Shown here one piece after another: positions 27,887-40,513 of a stretch of 64,000 bases of DNA (positions are counted from its first letter, which is position 1; each line of letters opens with the position of its first letter). A program made the position numbers and the translations under genes. Below the pieces are notes generated by a model. It was not told the origin of the DNA and ran no database searches. It worked only from the letters and a program-made list of their open reading frames with translations. The stretch lies in the NCBI RefSeq assembly GCF_006345805.1, contig NC_043014.1:40796001-40860000 (forward strand), given 5' to 3'. The stretch is from Octopus sinensis (taxonomy: Eukaryota).

Positions 27887-28089
27887 CTAATGTAATTTTC
27901 TAAGGTATGCCTTGTGTCATTGCATACCTTCTGAGGGAAGTAGGGTAAAGTGGTAACTGTATAGAAGCCTTCATCATCATCATCATTTAATGTCCATTAT
28001 CCATGCTGGCATGGGTTGGACAGTTTGAATCAGAGCTGATATAGCTGGGGAGCTGCATCAGATTCTAGTCTGATTTGACATGGTTTCTA

Positions 28090-28470
28090 CTGCATTTGTC
28101 TGACTATGAAAATATTATCGGTAGTGCTTCTTCCCTGAACAAAGCCAAGCTGCATTTTGTCTTAGCCTAATTCTGCTCCTAATTAATTGAGCCTTAACTC
28201 TCTCTCTCTCTCTCTCTGTTTGTAATTTTCATCACTTGGTCCAGGAGTTTGATTCCTCTACAATTGCTTTTATCTAAGCCATCATCCTTACCCTTCCTTG
28301 TAGCAGCTATCAATTATGCTGCTATGCCAGTTACTGGGGTTTTACACCTTCCTGAATGATCTGATTAACTATGCGGGTGAGTAGCCTGTATCCCACCTTA
28401 CTAGATATTTTGAGCATCTCAGCTGTGAATCCAGATGGACCAGGGGCTTTCCCAGTTTTCATGTTTTTAA
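28090..28470 (-). mobile_element. RTE LINE RT-core remnant
   Basis: MKTGKAPGPSGFTAEMLK, RGIKLLDQVMK, GFVQGRSTTDNIFIVRQMQ. Confidence 0.85.
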
Positions 28471-28690
28471 TTCTTTACTACCCACAAGGGGCTAAACACA
28501 GAGGAGACAAACAAGGACAGACAGACGGATGAAGTCGATTACATCGACCCCAGTGCGTATCTGGTACTTAATTTATCGACCCCGAAAGGATGAAAGGCAA
28601 AGTCGACCTCGGCGGTATTTGAACTCACAACGTAACGGCAGACGAAATACGGCTATGCATTTCGCCCGGCGTGCTAACGTTTCTGCCAGA
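28470..28690 (-). mobile_element. SINE-A
   Basis: Reverse complement of the family A consensus. Confidence 0.85.
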
Positions 28691-29040
28691 CTGCTGGTGG
28701 TGATCAAAATGGCAGGCACTGAGAGATTTCTTTAGAGAGTCCTTGTACTTCTTCTTTGGTACTATCATGATGACCAGGGGTGAGTTTGCCATACAACATG
28801 ATCATGGGAAGTTGATGATCCTCTATCCTAATGATCTGTCCTGCCTAGTGTAGCTGTGTCTTCAGCAGAGTTGCTTTGATGTGGTGACCTTTGCCTGCTC
28901 TAAATCCTTGATGTTAGTCACAAAGTTAGTTACTCCAGTGGATGCTGGAGGATGATGCCAAGGCAGTGCTGATGGCATTGCTTAAGAAATCATAGGTGGT
29001 GCTAATAAATGACCCACAATTCTGAGCCATACAAGAGTGT
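28690..29040 (-). mobile_element. RTE (BovB-like) LINE C-terminal remnant, separate insertion
   Basis: KTQLH*AGQIIRIEDHQLPMIMLYGKL, KKYKDSLKKSLSACHFDHHQ. Domain order is discordant with 28090-28470. Confidence 0.8.
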
Positions 29041-29753
29041 GGTAAGAATGACAGTTCTGCATAGAGTTTTCATTGGTTGATATTTATGTATTATAGCTTA
29101 TTTTTGATGTGAAAGGTATTAGTTTTTGCTAATACTGGGAAGAGCATGAGTAGGGGAATGTTATACCATAGATAGGTTGAACAAAGAAAGAGGAAGGACT
29201 GGGGTGTCGCCAGTATATGCCATGAGTTTATTCAGCTGTGTTGTAAACAACTTTCTTGTATTAACATTTGTATTAACAAATGTTAATACAACATTTGTTG
29301 TATTAACATTTGGATTGTCACTATTGACAACTGGGAAATGTCTAACTACTTCCTATCTATTATATTTGTTTACATACTTGTAAAAAAAAAAGGTATAACT
29401 AAATTAGAGTCTATTGGGCCATACAACATAAAAATAATTAAATTCAGTTACGGAGATTTACATGTTTTGAGAAGTTTATGAATTTGAAATGTCACAGTGA
29501 ATTATAAGTATGAAGCCTACATGAAGAGATTATTTCTGTTTTGTAACCATCCTTTGGAAAATAGTATCTCATAATTCTCTAACACATTGGCACAATTGTT
29601 TTGTTTTGTTTCTGTGGTTTGGCCCTTGATGAAAATTTTATGGTAGAGTCTTTCAAGTTCCATATATATTTTGATATAGAGGTACAATTATGTTGCTTAA
29701 CCCTTTAGTGTTCAGATTAACCTACACATGCTAGCATCGAAGGCAGACATTAA

Positions 29754-29974
29754 CCCTTTAGTGTTTAAACCAGCCACATCTGGCCCAATATATTATACAT
29801 GTTTTATATTCAAACTGGCCATATCTAGCCTCTCACACCTAACCTACATTGACTTTCTAAAAATAAACAATCACATCATTGAAACCTCAAAGCTATAAGA
29901 TCATGCATAATTAATTCAAAACAATTTGAGTGGAAAAGTATTACATTTAACAGAGTAATCTGAACACTAAAGGG
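29754..29974. mobile_element. piggyBac-type MITE
   Basis: Perfect 12-bp TIR CCCTTTAGTGTT/AACACTAAAGGG with TTAA on both sides. Confidence 0.8.
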
Positions 29975-31014
29975 TTAAACAATGATGATGATGATGAATC
30001 TGTCAAATGTTGCTGTAATGTTTCCAGTATCATTTTGATCACTTTCATTATCAAAATCTTCCTCGTCCGATGAAGAGTCGTAAATGTCAATATGATTTGT
30101 CCAAAAACAAATCACTGTTGTTTTTCTTTATATTTTGTACATCACCAAGAGTACATCAGAATCGCTACTTGCTGATGCTATATCATTAAAAACTAAGTTA
30201 TACACATCTCTTCAAATGTTGAAAAAACCAAGAAGTTTCAAAAATTTCACCGTATTTTTACTTGAATAAAGACGAGAAAGGCTTTATCTTACATTATCTC
30301 AAAGTTATGAGAATTCAATAATATGATTTTTTTTTTTTTTAGCAATTTTGTAGAGAAATCAGATATGGCCAGATTTGGCTGGTTCAAACAAATAACGGGG
30401 AATAATTTTCAGCTGGTTGTAGCTGGTCTAAATGCTAAAGGGTTGAAATCCATAAAGGTTTGAGAACATGAATTCGTTTGTACTGCAGCCTTGTAGACAA
30501 ATTCTTTAGTCAGACATTGTACTTTGAGGGACATACATTGCTATTGGTGCAATTGTAGTTATATGTAGAGCTTGCATTGTTCAGGTGAATATTTCTTTTC
30601 AGCTTGGTTGCTCGTAAAGAGGTGATTATCTGTGCAAAATAGTGCATAGTTCAATAGAATTTAATCTACTTCTGTTGAATATGTAATATTTGTAGTGTGA
30701 AAAATGTTTATCTAGAAGTTTATCCCTTTCCTATTATTTATTCACAATGTTTTGAATTAATCATGCATTATTTTGTAGCTTTGAGATTTCAGTGATGTGA
30801 CTCTTTATTTTAGGATGATAATGTAGGGTAGGTTGAGAGGCAAGTTTGAACATAAAACAGGTAAAATATTTGAGCTGGATATGGCTGGTTTAAATTCTAA
30901 AGGGATAATAAAAAAAATTTAACCATTTAGAGGAAAATTCAGTGATTGAAATGTGCATTATACCGAATACTTTGCATTTTCATTATTCAATGTGAAAATT
31001 TAAATTAATAATTA

Positions 31015-31174
31015 TAGGTGCAGGAGTGGCTGTGTGGTACCAACCACATGGTTCCAGGTTCAGTCCCACTGCATGGCACCTTGGGCAAGTGTCTTCTACT
31101 ATGGCCTCAGGCTGATCAAAGCCTTGTGAGTGGATTTGGTAGATGGAAACTGAAAGAAGCCCGTTGTATATATG

Positions 31175-31207
<33 letters not shown>

Positions 31208-31430
31208 ATATATATATATGTATGTGTGTGTCTGTGTTCGCCCCCCCCCCTGATCCCCACGATGCTGGTGTGTTTACGTCCCCGTCACTTAGCGGTTCGG
31301 CAAAAGAGACCGATAGAATAAGTACTGGGCTTACAAAGAATAAGTCCCGGGGTCAATTTGCTCGACTAAAGGCGGTGCTCCAGCTTGGCCACAGTCAAAT
31401 GACTGAAACAAGTAAAAGAGTAAAAGAGTA
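31015..31430 (+). mobile_element. SINE-B
   Basis: Full length. Confidence 0.85.
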
Positions 31431-32069
31431 ATCGATAAAGATAATACATAAATACTGTTGTTACCAAAATTTGTTAAGATAAATTGAAAGGAATAAACAT
31501 TTCTCTTCCTGAAATACTGTAATTATTATAACGAATTGCATACATGAACTATATACATTTTGACTAAAAGAATGAAGGTATTTAATAAATGGAAGTATTT
31601 AAGCAGAAGCATTCTACAATAGACGTGTTTAAATTCTGCAGTATGTCTGTTATATCCTTCCTTCCTGAAGGTTGATGTCACAGATTACGTGTCTTTCCTA
31701 GTAAAGTTAAAAGGTCATTTTCAACTGGTAAAGTTCAAATGTCATTTTCAAATTACTTTCCGTTTTCTTCAGGATGTGGGAATATTTATGTATACATACA
31801 AAATATAGGGCTACACATGTTTTTATGTATATATAAGTAGATGTCTATATATTTGTGTGTGTTATATATATATATATGTGTGTGTGTGTGTATGTATAGA
31901 TAGATACATATAGAAATATATATCTATATATATACATGTATATCTTTAGACGTGTGTGTATTTTGGGCTATATATATATATATAAATAATTGCAGCGTGG
32001 AAGGTGTTTATAAGCCATTTAAGAAACACACAAAACCGTTAAATTCACTTCGACATTTAAATTTAAATT

Positions 32070-32119
32070 TTGTCAAAATATTTTCGTCGCTTTGAAGACC
32101 GTGACCTGTTCACTGACAA
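32070..32119 (-). ncRNA. Mirror copy of the G3-C8 hammerhead-like motif
   Basis: Minus strand: ttgtca GTGAACA g gtcac ggtcttcaaa gcgac GAAA atatt t tgacaa. One stem II mismatch. Confidence 0.5.
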
Positions 32120-32144
32120 AACTTTGTGTTGCATCTCTGAAGTA

Positions 32145-32193
32145 TTGTCAGTGAACAGGTCGCGGTCTCAAAGTGACGAAAATATTTTGACAA
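32145..32193 (+). ncRNA. Minimal type I hammerhead-like motif, G3-C8 swapped core
   Basis: Stem I ttgtca/tgacaa; core GUGAACA; stem II gtcgc/gtgac; GAAA; palindromic stem III AAUAUU; N17=U. Confidence 0.55.
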
Positions 32194-32339
32194 ATTAAAT
32201 TTAAATGTTGAAGTGAATCTAATGGTTTTGTGTGTTTCTTAAATGGCTTATAAACACCGTCCACGCTGCAATTGTTTTTGTTCCAGCACACAATCTCAGA
32301 TCAAGTCACTTCCTATGCAAGTACATCTCTGTAATATAT

Positions 32340-32680
32340 CCTTTCGGGGGGCCGATTAAATAAGTACCAGTTACACACTGGAGTCAATATAATCGACTTA
32401 ATCTGTTTGTCTGTCCTTGTTTGTCCCCTCTGTGTGTAGCCCCTTGTAGGCAGTAAAGAAATAAGAAACGTTAGCATGCCGGGCGAAATGCTTAGCGGTA
32501 TTTTGTCTGCAGTTAGGTTCTGAGTTCAAATTCCGCCGAGGTCGACTTTGCCTTTCATCCTTTTGGGGTTGATAAATTAAGTACCAGTTACGCACTGGGA
32601 TTGATGTAATCGACTTAATCCCTTTGTTTGTCCTTGTTTGTCCCCTCTGTGTTTAGCCCCTTGTGGGTAATAAAGAAATA
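32340..32680 (+). mobile_element. Two tandem SINE-A copies
   Basis: Family A sequence repeated. Confidence 0.8.
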
Positions 32681-32819
32681 AGAATTGTTGGCATTAAGAA
32701 GGGCAGCCACCTCAGCTTACCACCCCTGGTCAAACCGTCCAACCCATGCCAGCAAGAACAATGGATGTTAAATGATAATGATAATGAAAGGGAATTAATA
32801 GTAGAGATCTTTACTAAGT

Positions 32820-33110
32820 TCCTAAAAGGGCAGGTAAGCATCAAGTTTACTTAGCTAGAAAAGAAGAAGCAGAAAGGAAGAGATTTGCATATGTTTTGTA
32901 ATATGAGAATCAGAAGCATGAAGTGTTCAGGGTTGCAAGACAGTGTGTCAGTGGGAAGAAGTATATTCAGAATGATGAAAGGACACTTGCCATCGCTGCT
33001 GGTAACCTGAGAGGCTGTTGAACATGGAAAATGCAAGGATTTAAAGATGAGGTACTTCATGCTGACCCAGTAAAGGGACCAGCAATTTGACTGCATGGTA
33101 GGTGGAGTGA
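32820..33110 (+). mobile_element. RTE LINE linker remnant
   Basis: VYLARKEEAERKRFA, NQKHEVFRVARQC, KYIQNDE. Confidence 0.7.
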
Positions 33111-33349
33111 TTAAAGACATTATCAGAATATCCAGCAAAGCAAGATTCATGATAGTTACCCAAATAACACAGAAAAATGTCAGAGCTGTATTATTGTTGA
33201 CTGCTACAAGGGCCAGAAAATGCTTTAGAGAGGAAATTACAGCAGCATCAAATCGTTAGACTGTGAAGGTCACAGAGAGAGTCATAGTATAGTACAATTG
33301 ATCAGAAGCAAAATTAATGGGCTGTGTGTGTGTATATCTCTATATGTTC

Positions 33350-33389
<40 letters not shown>

Positions 33390-33391
<2 letters not shown>

Positions 33392-33715
33392 TCATTGTTT
33401 AACGTCCGCATTTCCATGCTAGCATGGGTTAGACGGTTCAACTGGGGTCTGGGAAGCCAGAAGGCTGCGCCAGGCCCAGTCTGATCTGGCAGTGTTTCTA
33501 CAGCTGGATGCCCTTCCTAACGCCAACCACTCCGTGAGTGTAGTGGGTGCTTTTTTTACGTGCCACACGAGGCTGGCAAACAGCCACAGTCAGATGATGC
33601 TTTTTACGTGTTACTGGCACGGGAGCCAGACGAGGCTGGCAACGGCCACAATCGGATGGTTCTCTTACGTGCCACCGGCACTGGTATCACAGCTACAATT
33701 TCCATTGATGTTGAT
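33390..33715 (-). mobile_element. RTE 3' end repeat
   Basis: Same family as above. Confidence 0.8.
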
Positions 33716-34009
33716 ATATATACATATACATACACATATTTATGTATATGTGTTGGTGTGTGGGTATACACACAGTGTTTACTCATGTGTAAATCTCTCC
33801 TCTAGTTTAATATTAAATCTTGGTACAAAGCTTTTTCCCTTAACAGTTTTACTATCAACTTGTGTATAAGTCACATCTCAGTTTTTCCTGTTAAAAAAAT
33901 TAAGTGTAAATTTGTGCAACTCATACACTAGTAAATATGGTAGATATATTTATATAAATTTAAAATTTGTTTGATACCTGTAACAGTTTTGGCCTGGTGA
34001 TCAATTGGT

Positions 34010-34740
34010 ATTTCGTCTGCTGCTACATTCTGAGTTCTAATTCCACCAAGGTCAACTTTACCTTTCATCCTTTCAGGGTCAATAAATTAATTACCAGTTG
34101 AGTACTGCAGTCGATGTAATCAACTTACCCCTCCCTCAAATTTCAAGCCTTGTACCCTATAGTAGAAAGGATTACTGTTATTATTATTAAGGCAGTGAGC
34201 TGGCAGACTTGCCAGAACACTGGGCGAAATGCTTAGCGGTATTTTGTCCATCTTTACATTGAGTTCAAATTCTGCTGAGGTCAACTTTGCCCTTCATCCT
34301 TTAAGGATTGATAAAATAAGGACCAGTGAAACGCAGGTCGATTTAATTGACTAGTCCCCTCTCCCAAAATTTCAGGTGGTGAGCTGGCAGAATCGTTATC
34401 AGGAAAAATGCTAAGCAGCATTTCATTCATTCATTTTTACATTCTGAATTCAAATTCCTCTGAGGTTGACTTTGTCAGTCATCCTTTCAGGGTCAATAAA
34501 TTAAGTACCAGTTGGGCATTGGGGTTGATGTAATTGACTTAACCCCTCCCCTGAAATTGTTGGCTATGTGCCAAAATTTGAAATTATTATTAGTATTATT
34601 ATTCCAAGGTCAAATTTTCCTTTCATCCTTTTGAAGTTGATAAAATAAGTACTGGTTATATGCTGGAGTTGATGTAATTGACTAGTCCTCTACCCCAAAA
34701 TTTGGGGCTTTGTGCTTATAATAGAAAGGATTATTATTAT
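34010..34740 (+). mobile_element. Cluster of about five older SINE-A-related copies
   Basis: Recurrent ttctgagttcaaattc / cctttcatcctttcagggtcaataaa with a variant ccctccc..aaatt tail. Confidence 0.75.
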
Positions 34741-35768
34741 TATTGTACTAAAACTAACAGCTTATATTGCTGGGTATGAGGCTAAGTGTCAGCTGTCCAC
34801 AGCCAGCAGACTAAGGTAACACTTGTTTTACTGGTCAGGCTTCAAGAACCCTGCAAAGAATCCTTGCAGTTCCAAGGGTGAGGTATGCCCATATTACCTT
34901 GTTTGGCAACAAGAAGAGCATCCAACCATAGAAAATCTATCCCAACTAATTCTGTTTGATGTATGCGAGAATGGAAATGCGGTTACTAAAAATTGTAATG
35001 ATGATGATGATTATCAACACATACACACACACACACATCTTATTTTCTGTCCCCTCACTTGTCTCTTCTGCTTTTTGTGTTTTGTATATTTGAACCATCT
35101 ATGTCATATACACATAAAACACACACAACACGTGTGTCTATGTGTGTGTATATATATACATATATATATATATATATCATCATCATCATCATCGTTTAAC
35201 GTCCGTTTTCCATGCTAGCATGGGTTGGACGGTTCAACATACACACACACATATACTCTGCATACATATCTATATTGTGTTGAAATTGTGATGATGTTTG
35301 GTCAATAACTAATGAGGGGTCAGTGTATCTATATTCTTTTTTTTTCTGCTTTCCATATGTTCCTTTGTTATTCTCCTGTGCCACCTTTTATTGCTATACT
35401 TACATTTAATTGTATCTATATAAAGAAACTCAATAAACATATATATTTGTGAACCAAGTGAATTTTTGTATAAGAACACATGTTCCATAACCTTGTAGCT
35501 TGATCCAATGTGTGTGCATGCATGTGTGTGTGTAATTGCTCTATTTATTTAAAATAATGGTATAATAAAATATAGGTTTGATTTTATTGATTGACAGGTA
35601 CTAGCACACAGCAGGTGTGTCTATGAACATGTGTACACCTTTCTATCTTTCCCTGTACACGTGTGTGTGTGTGTGTGTGTGTGTGTGCACGTGTGCACAC
35701 GCATAACACCATAAACACTAATATATTAATTTCTTCAAGTGTGTCAGCTCAGGTAAAGATGGATTTTG

Positions 35769-35893
35769 TCAGCATATGCATTCCCTGTGCATTTTGTTGG
35801 TGGGAGTTGTGCATAAAGCCATTTCATAATGTGGATGTGAGTGTGTTGATGTTTTTATGTTATGTCTCCTTATGTCTTCTAACTGAAATAACT
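35769..35893 (-). CDS. Speculative terminal exon of the unidentified minus-strand gene
   Basis: Acceptor cacttgtttgcAG. Phase-1 joining gives (E)LFQLEDIRRHNIKTSTHSHPHYEMALCTTPTNKMHRECIC*. Could be chance. Confidence 0.15.
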
Positions 35894-36039
35894 CTGCAAA
35901 CAAGTGTCTGATGAAATAAGTGCAAAACTTAAGTAAGGATTGGGTGTGCCATGATCTCCTAAACTCTTGAAAATGGTGCCCCAATGTGGCTGCACTCCAG
36001 TGACTGAAACAGTAAATGTGTGTGCATGTGTGTATGTAT

Positions 36040-36860
36040 ATATCATCATCATCGTTTAGCGTCCGCTTTCCATGCTAGCATGGGTTGGATGGTTCAACTG
36101 GGGTCTGGGAAGCCCGAAGGCTGCACCAGGCTCAGTCTGATCTAGCAATGTTTCTATGGCTAGATGCCCTTCCTAACGCCAACCACTATCATTTAATGTT
36201 CGTTGTCTATGCTGGCATGGGTTGGACTAATATAACATCATCATCATCATCGTTTAATGTCTGCTTTCCATGCTGGCATGGGTTGAACGGGTTGACTGAA
36301 GACTGGTGAGCCAGATGGCTGCACCAGGCTCTAATCTGATCTGGTAGAGTTTGTACAGCTGGATGCCCTTCCTAATGCCAACCACTCTGAGAGTGTAATG
36401 GGTGCGTTTACATGCCACTGGCACGAGGGCCAGTCAGGCGGTACTGTCGACGGCCAAGCTTAAATGGTGTTTTTTATGTACCACCTGCACAGGAGCCAGT
36501 CCAGCAACACTGGCAATGACCTCGTTCGAATGTTATTTTTCATGTGACACTGGCACTTGTACCAGTAAGGCGATGCTGGTAATGATCATGCTCAAATGGT
36601 GTTTATTATATGTCACCTGCACAGGAGCCAGTCAGAGGCCCTGGCAACGATCATGCTCAGATGGTGCTTTTAATGTTCCACTGGCACAGGTGCCAGTCAG
36701 GCGGTGCTGTCATCAGCCATGTCAGTGAATTTGATTTTGATTATGATTTCACTTGCCTCAACAGGTCTTCCACAAGCAACGCATAAGTAGACTGGTTACA
36801 CCGCTGGCATAGGCCACGGGTTATGGTCTCACTTGGCTTGCCGGGTCTTCTCAAGCACAA
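36040..36860 (-). mobile_element. Two adjacent RTE 3' end repeats
   Basis: CATCAT tails at ~36045 and ~36240. Confidence 0.8.
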
Positions 36861-37139
36861 CACACATACACACATGAGCCAACAAGGGATTTAGAGTTGC
36901 TAAAATAACAGCCAAATTTCATTCAAATCACATTTTAATTTCAGCAAAAAGGAGTTATAGGAGAATATAATAAACAGTAAATGTCTGCTTGATGAAAGCT
37001 GATTTGGAGCACATGTACACTTGTTCAAGTAAAAGGCGGTGCTCCAGCATGGCCACAGACAAATGACTGAAACAAATAAAAGAATAAAAGACTACACATA
37101 TATTTTTATATGGATATATGTAACTGGCACTCTGTCAGT

Positions 37140-37415
37140 TAAGATTACAAAAATTCCAGTTGATCTGATCAATGGAACAGCCTGATTATGAAATTGACAC
37201 GCAAGTGGCTGACCACTCCATAGGCATGTGTACTCTTAATGTAATTCTCAGAGAGATTCAGCATGACACTGAATGTGACAAAACCGGCCCCTTGAAATAT
37301 AGGTGCTACTCATTTTTGGCTGCTGAGTGGACAGGAGCACTCTGAAATAAAGTGTCTTTCTCAAGGACACACTGTGCCGTCAGGAGCTGAATACCCTAAC
37401 CACTCAGCCATGTGC
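37140..37415 (-). mobile_element. Third tRNA-SINE-like family (also 50975-51175 +, 52925-53020 -, 58180-58300 -)
   Basis: gagtggac.ggagca..tgaaataaagtgtctt.ctcaagga..caac / ctaaccactgag.catg.gcc shared among copies. Confidence 0.6.
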
Positions 37416-37439
37416 CTTCACATACATACAAATGTCCAA

Positions 37440-37845
37440 GCTGGCAGAAACGTTAGCATGCCGGGCGAAATGCTTAGCAGTATTTCGTCTGCTGCTACGT
37501 TCTGAGTTCAAATTCCGCCGAGGTTGACTTAGCCTTTCATCCTTTTGTGGTTGATTAAATAAGCATCAGTTACACACTGGGGTCGATATAATCGATTTAT
37601 TCCATTTGTCTGTCCTTGTTTGTCCTCTCTGTGTTTAGCCCCTTGTGGGAAGTAAAGAAATAGGTATTTCGTCTGCCGTTACGTTCTGAGTTCAAATTCC
37701 GCAAAGGTCAACTTAGCCTTTCATCCTTTTGTGGTCGATTAAATAAGTACCAGTTACGCACTGGGGTCGATGTAATCGACCTAATCCCTTTGTCCTTGTT
37801 TGTCCCCTCTATGTTTATCTCCTTGTGGGCAATAAGGAAATAACA
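37440..37845 (+). mobile_element. Two tandem SINE-A copies
   Basis: Family A sequence repeated. Confidence 0.85.
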
Positions 37846-38020
37846 TATGTCCAGCCCATGTGAACAAGGAAAATGGACATTAAATTATGTTGATGATGAT
37901 GATGATGAAATAAATCTACATGTCTACATGCATACATTTATCCTAAATATGTAGACCTATATGCACAGTGATATATGCACGAGTGCATGTGTGTGTCATC
38001 AGACAGTTTTGTTTAGAAAC

Positions 38021-38066
38021 AAAACTGTCCAACGGATAGGATCGTGAAACTCTGAGTAACAGTTTT
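38021..38066 (+). ncRNA. Decayed copy of the CCGACGA hammerhead family
   Basis: aaaactgt CCAACGG ata ggat cgt GAAA ctctga GTA acagtttt. Stem I is a perfect 8 bp but the core is mutated. The downstream flank matches 2575-2660. Confidence 0.4.
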
Positions 38067-38699
38067 TGTGATTTTTTGCTGCTTTTTGATAAAGCATATT
38101 ACTTACTCTACCTCTGGTGTTCGAGTACTATTTTTTTCCACCTTGTTTCACATTTATGTGCTTACTCTGGTATGTATATGTGTGTGTGTATATATATATA
38201 TAAAACCATATGCTTGCACTTATATAGATATATATATATATGTCAATCAGGGGCCATGCATACATATAGATTTATACATACATGTAGCACTTCTATGCAT
38301 AAATGTGCACATAAATACACACACATAAACATATATACTTACATGTAGATATATGAACATACTTACTGAAATATACTATATAAATGGGTGTAAAGAGTAA
38401 TACATGTACATGTGAATGCTATAATCAAAATATATGTATAGCACATGCATAGCAACGGTACAGATATAAAGATAGAAAAATAAAAATAGATCCAGCCGGT
38501 GTGTACTTATCTTGGTGAATTATTCTATGAGAATTGACAGGGGTGATAGGATAGGGTGGAGATTGTTTCTATAAGTCATGATAGGTATAGATTGTTTATA
38601 AAATCTGATATTAATGACTAAAATGGACAGACAGCTCAGAGATAAGGTTATAGTGAAACCTGTACAAATCTGCTAAAAAACATACTGTTGTTTATTTGT

Positions 38700-39490
38700 A
38701 AGTGTTATGTATGTTAAGAAACTTGCTTTCCAACCACATGGTTCCAGGTTCAGTCCCACTGTGTGGCACCTCAGATAAGTGTCTTCTATATAGCCTTGTA
38801 AGTGGATTTGGTAAATGGAAACTGAAAGAAGCCTGTCATATATGTGTGTGTGTATGTCCATCACTGCTTGACAATTGGTGTTGGTGTGTTTACATCCCTG
38901 TAACTTAGAAGAGAGGAAGAGGCTGACCAAGAACCGCTAGCTTGACACCATCAAGAGTGACATGGGAATGGCCATAGCCAATCTGAAAGAAGCAGCCCAG
39001 GATAGAACTGACTGGAGGACACTGATCCAACGAGTAACCGAGAGTCGACTTTGACTGAGCGGATAGATAGATAGAACTTAGAAGTCTGGCAAAACAGACT
39101 GATAGAATAAGTACTAAGCTTAAGAAATAAGTCCTGGGGTTGATTTGTTCAACTAAAACCCTTCAAGGTGGTGCTTTGCAACTTCATGGTTTCAGGTTCA
39201 GTCCCACTGTGCAGCACCCTGCTTTGTGTCATCTGTTATAGTCCCAGGCCAATCAATGGCTTGTTAGTGAATTTGGTAGATAGAAACTGTGTAGAAGCCT
39301 GTCGTGTGTGTGTGTGTACCCCCTACCTCCACTTGACATCTGGGGTTTGGTTTAGTTACATCCATGTAGCTTAGAGGTTCAGCATAAATGATCGATAAAA
39401 TAAGTCCTAAACTTAGATACTGGGGTCTGTCTATTTGTAAAAACCCTTCAAGATGATGTTTCAGCATGGCCACAGTCTGTTGACCAATGC
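38700..39490 (+). mobile_element. Two older SINE-B copies (first interrupted by the RTE stub)
   Basis: Family B motifs, diverged. Confidence 0.7.
38912..39074 (+). mobile_element. BovB-like RTE 3' stub with (ATAG)n tail and 10-bp TSD, inserted in a SINE
   Basis: LDTIKSDMGMAIANLKEAAQDRTDWRTLIQRVTESRL; TSD AACTTAGAAG at 38902-38911 and 39075-39084. Confidence 0.8.
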
Positions 39491-40295
39491 AACTAAAGGA
39501 TGTCTCTAACGAGCATGCATTTGAGAAACGTCGAGGTGAAGGGATGTAAAGATGCCAGGCCAAAAGTCAAGAACACAAAAGGAAGCAAAAAAAAAAAAAA
39601 TGGAAGGCATAAGGACAGAAAAGGCAATAGAAGTCAGTGAAATCTAAAATTCCATAGCCTTAGAAAGATGTGTGACAAGCAAAATGAACGCAAAACATTA
39701 TCCACAGAAGTTCAGAGTCTTTACTTCTTTGTTGAGGACATAGAAACAGAAACTCCCACTTCAAATTAAGTAGATGTACTGTTTTTTTTAGGATGCATTT
39801 CTCTGATAGGCAAAGAAAATATTTAGATGCAATAATCAGTCAGTTGATATTGTAATTAAGGTTCCCTTTCTGTTTCAAATCCCAGATGTACTTGGAAAAT
39901 ATTCTCATGCCTATTTTATCTTCATTCCTGAAGGGATATGTATGCTATTTGTATCTTGTTTTGAAGGTGTTCTCTATGATGCTTATATAGCTATTTATAC
40001 TATTATTGTTTCTAATGGAAACTCTAGAACAGTATATGTCACTCCTCGGAAACCATTTACCATCTAGTTCTAGTGGACTGGTGTTACGCTTGGGACAATA
40101 ATTGTATTATGGTAGCAATTCTTGTGTGTTTGTTCATTGTAATTTCATCCCAATTTTTTGTTGAAGAATGGTAAAATTATGCATACAACTGTAATTCACC
40201 CAATATTCCTATTGAAAATTTTATGAAACTAATTTATATAAGAAAAGTATACACTTATTAGGTTTAGGAAAGAATTGGCAATATTAGAGCTGACA

Positions 40296-40513
40296 AAGAA
40301 GGTGGTGAGCTGGTAGAACCATAAGCATGCTGAGCAAAATGTTTAGCAGTATTTCATCATCTTTACATTCTGTGTTCAAATTCCACCAGGGTCAACTTTG
40401 CCTTTCATCCTTTCAGGGTCAGTAAAATAAGTACCAATCGAGCACTGGGGTTGATGTAATTGACTTAGCCCCTTCCCCATAACTGCTGGCATTGTGCCAA
40501 AATTTGAAACAAT
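40296..40513 (+). mobile_element. SINE-A-related copy with 14-bp TSD, inside the PLE
   Basis: TATTAGAGCTGACA at 40282-40295 and 40514-40527. Confidence 0.85.

Larger units (their letters stand above)
31988..32273. repeat. 286-bp near-perfect palindrome (foldback), arms ~130 bp, 25-nt spacer
   Basis: 31988-32119 is the reverse complement of 32145-32273 (aattgcagcgtgga...tccacgctgcaatt) with scattered mismatches. Confidence 0.95.
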
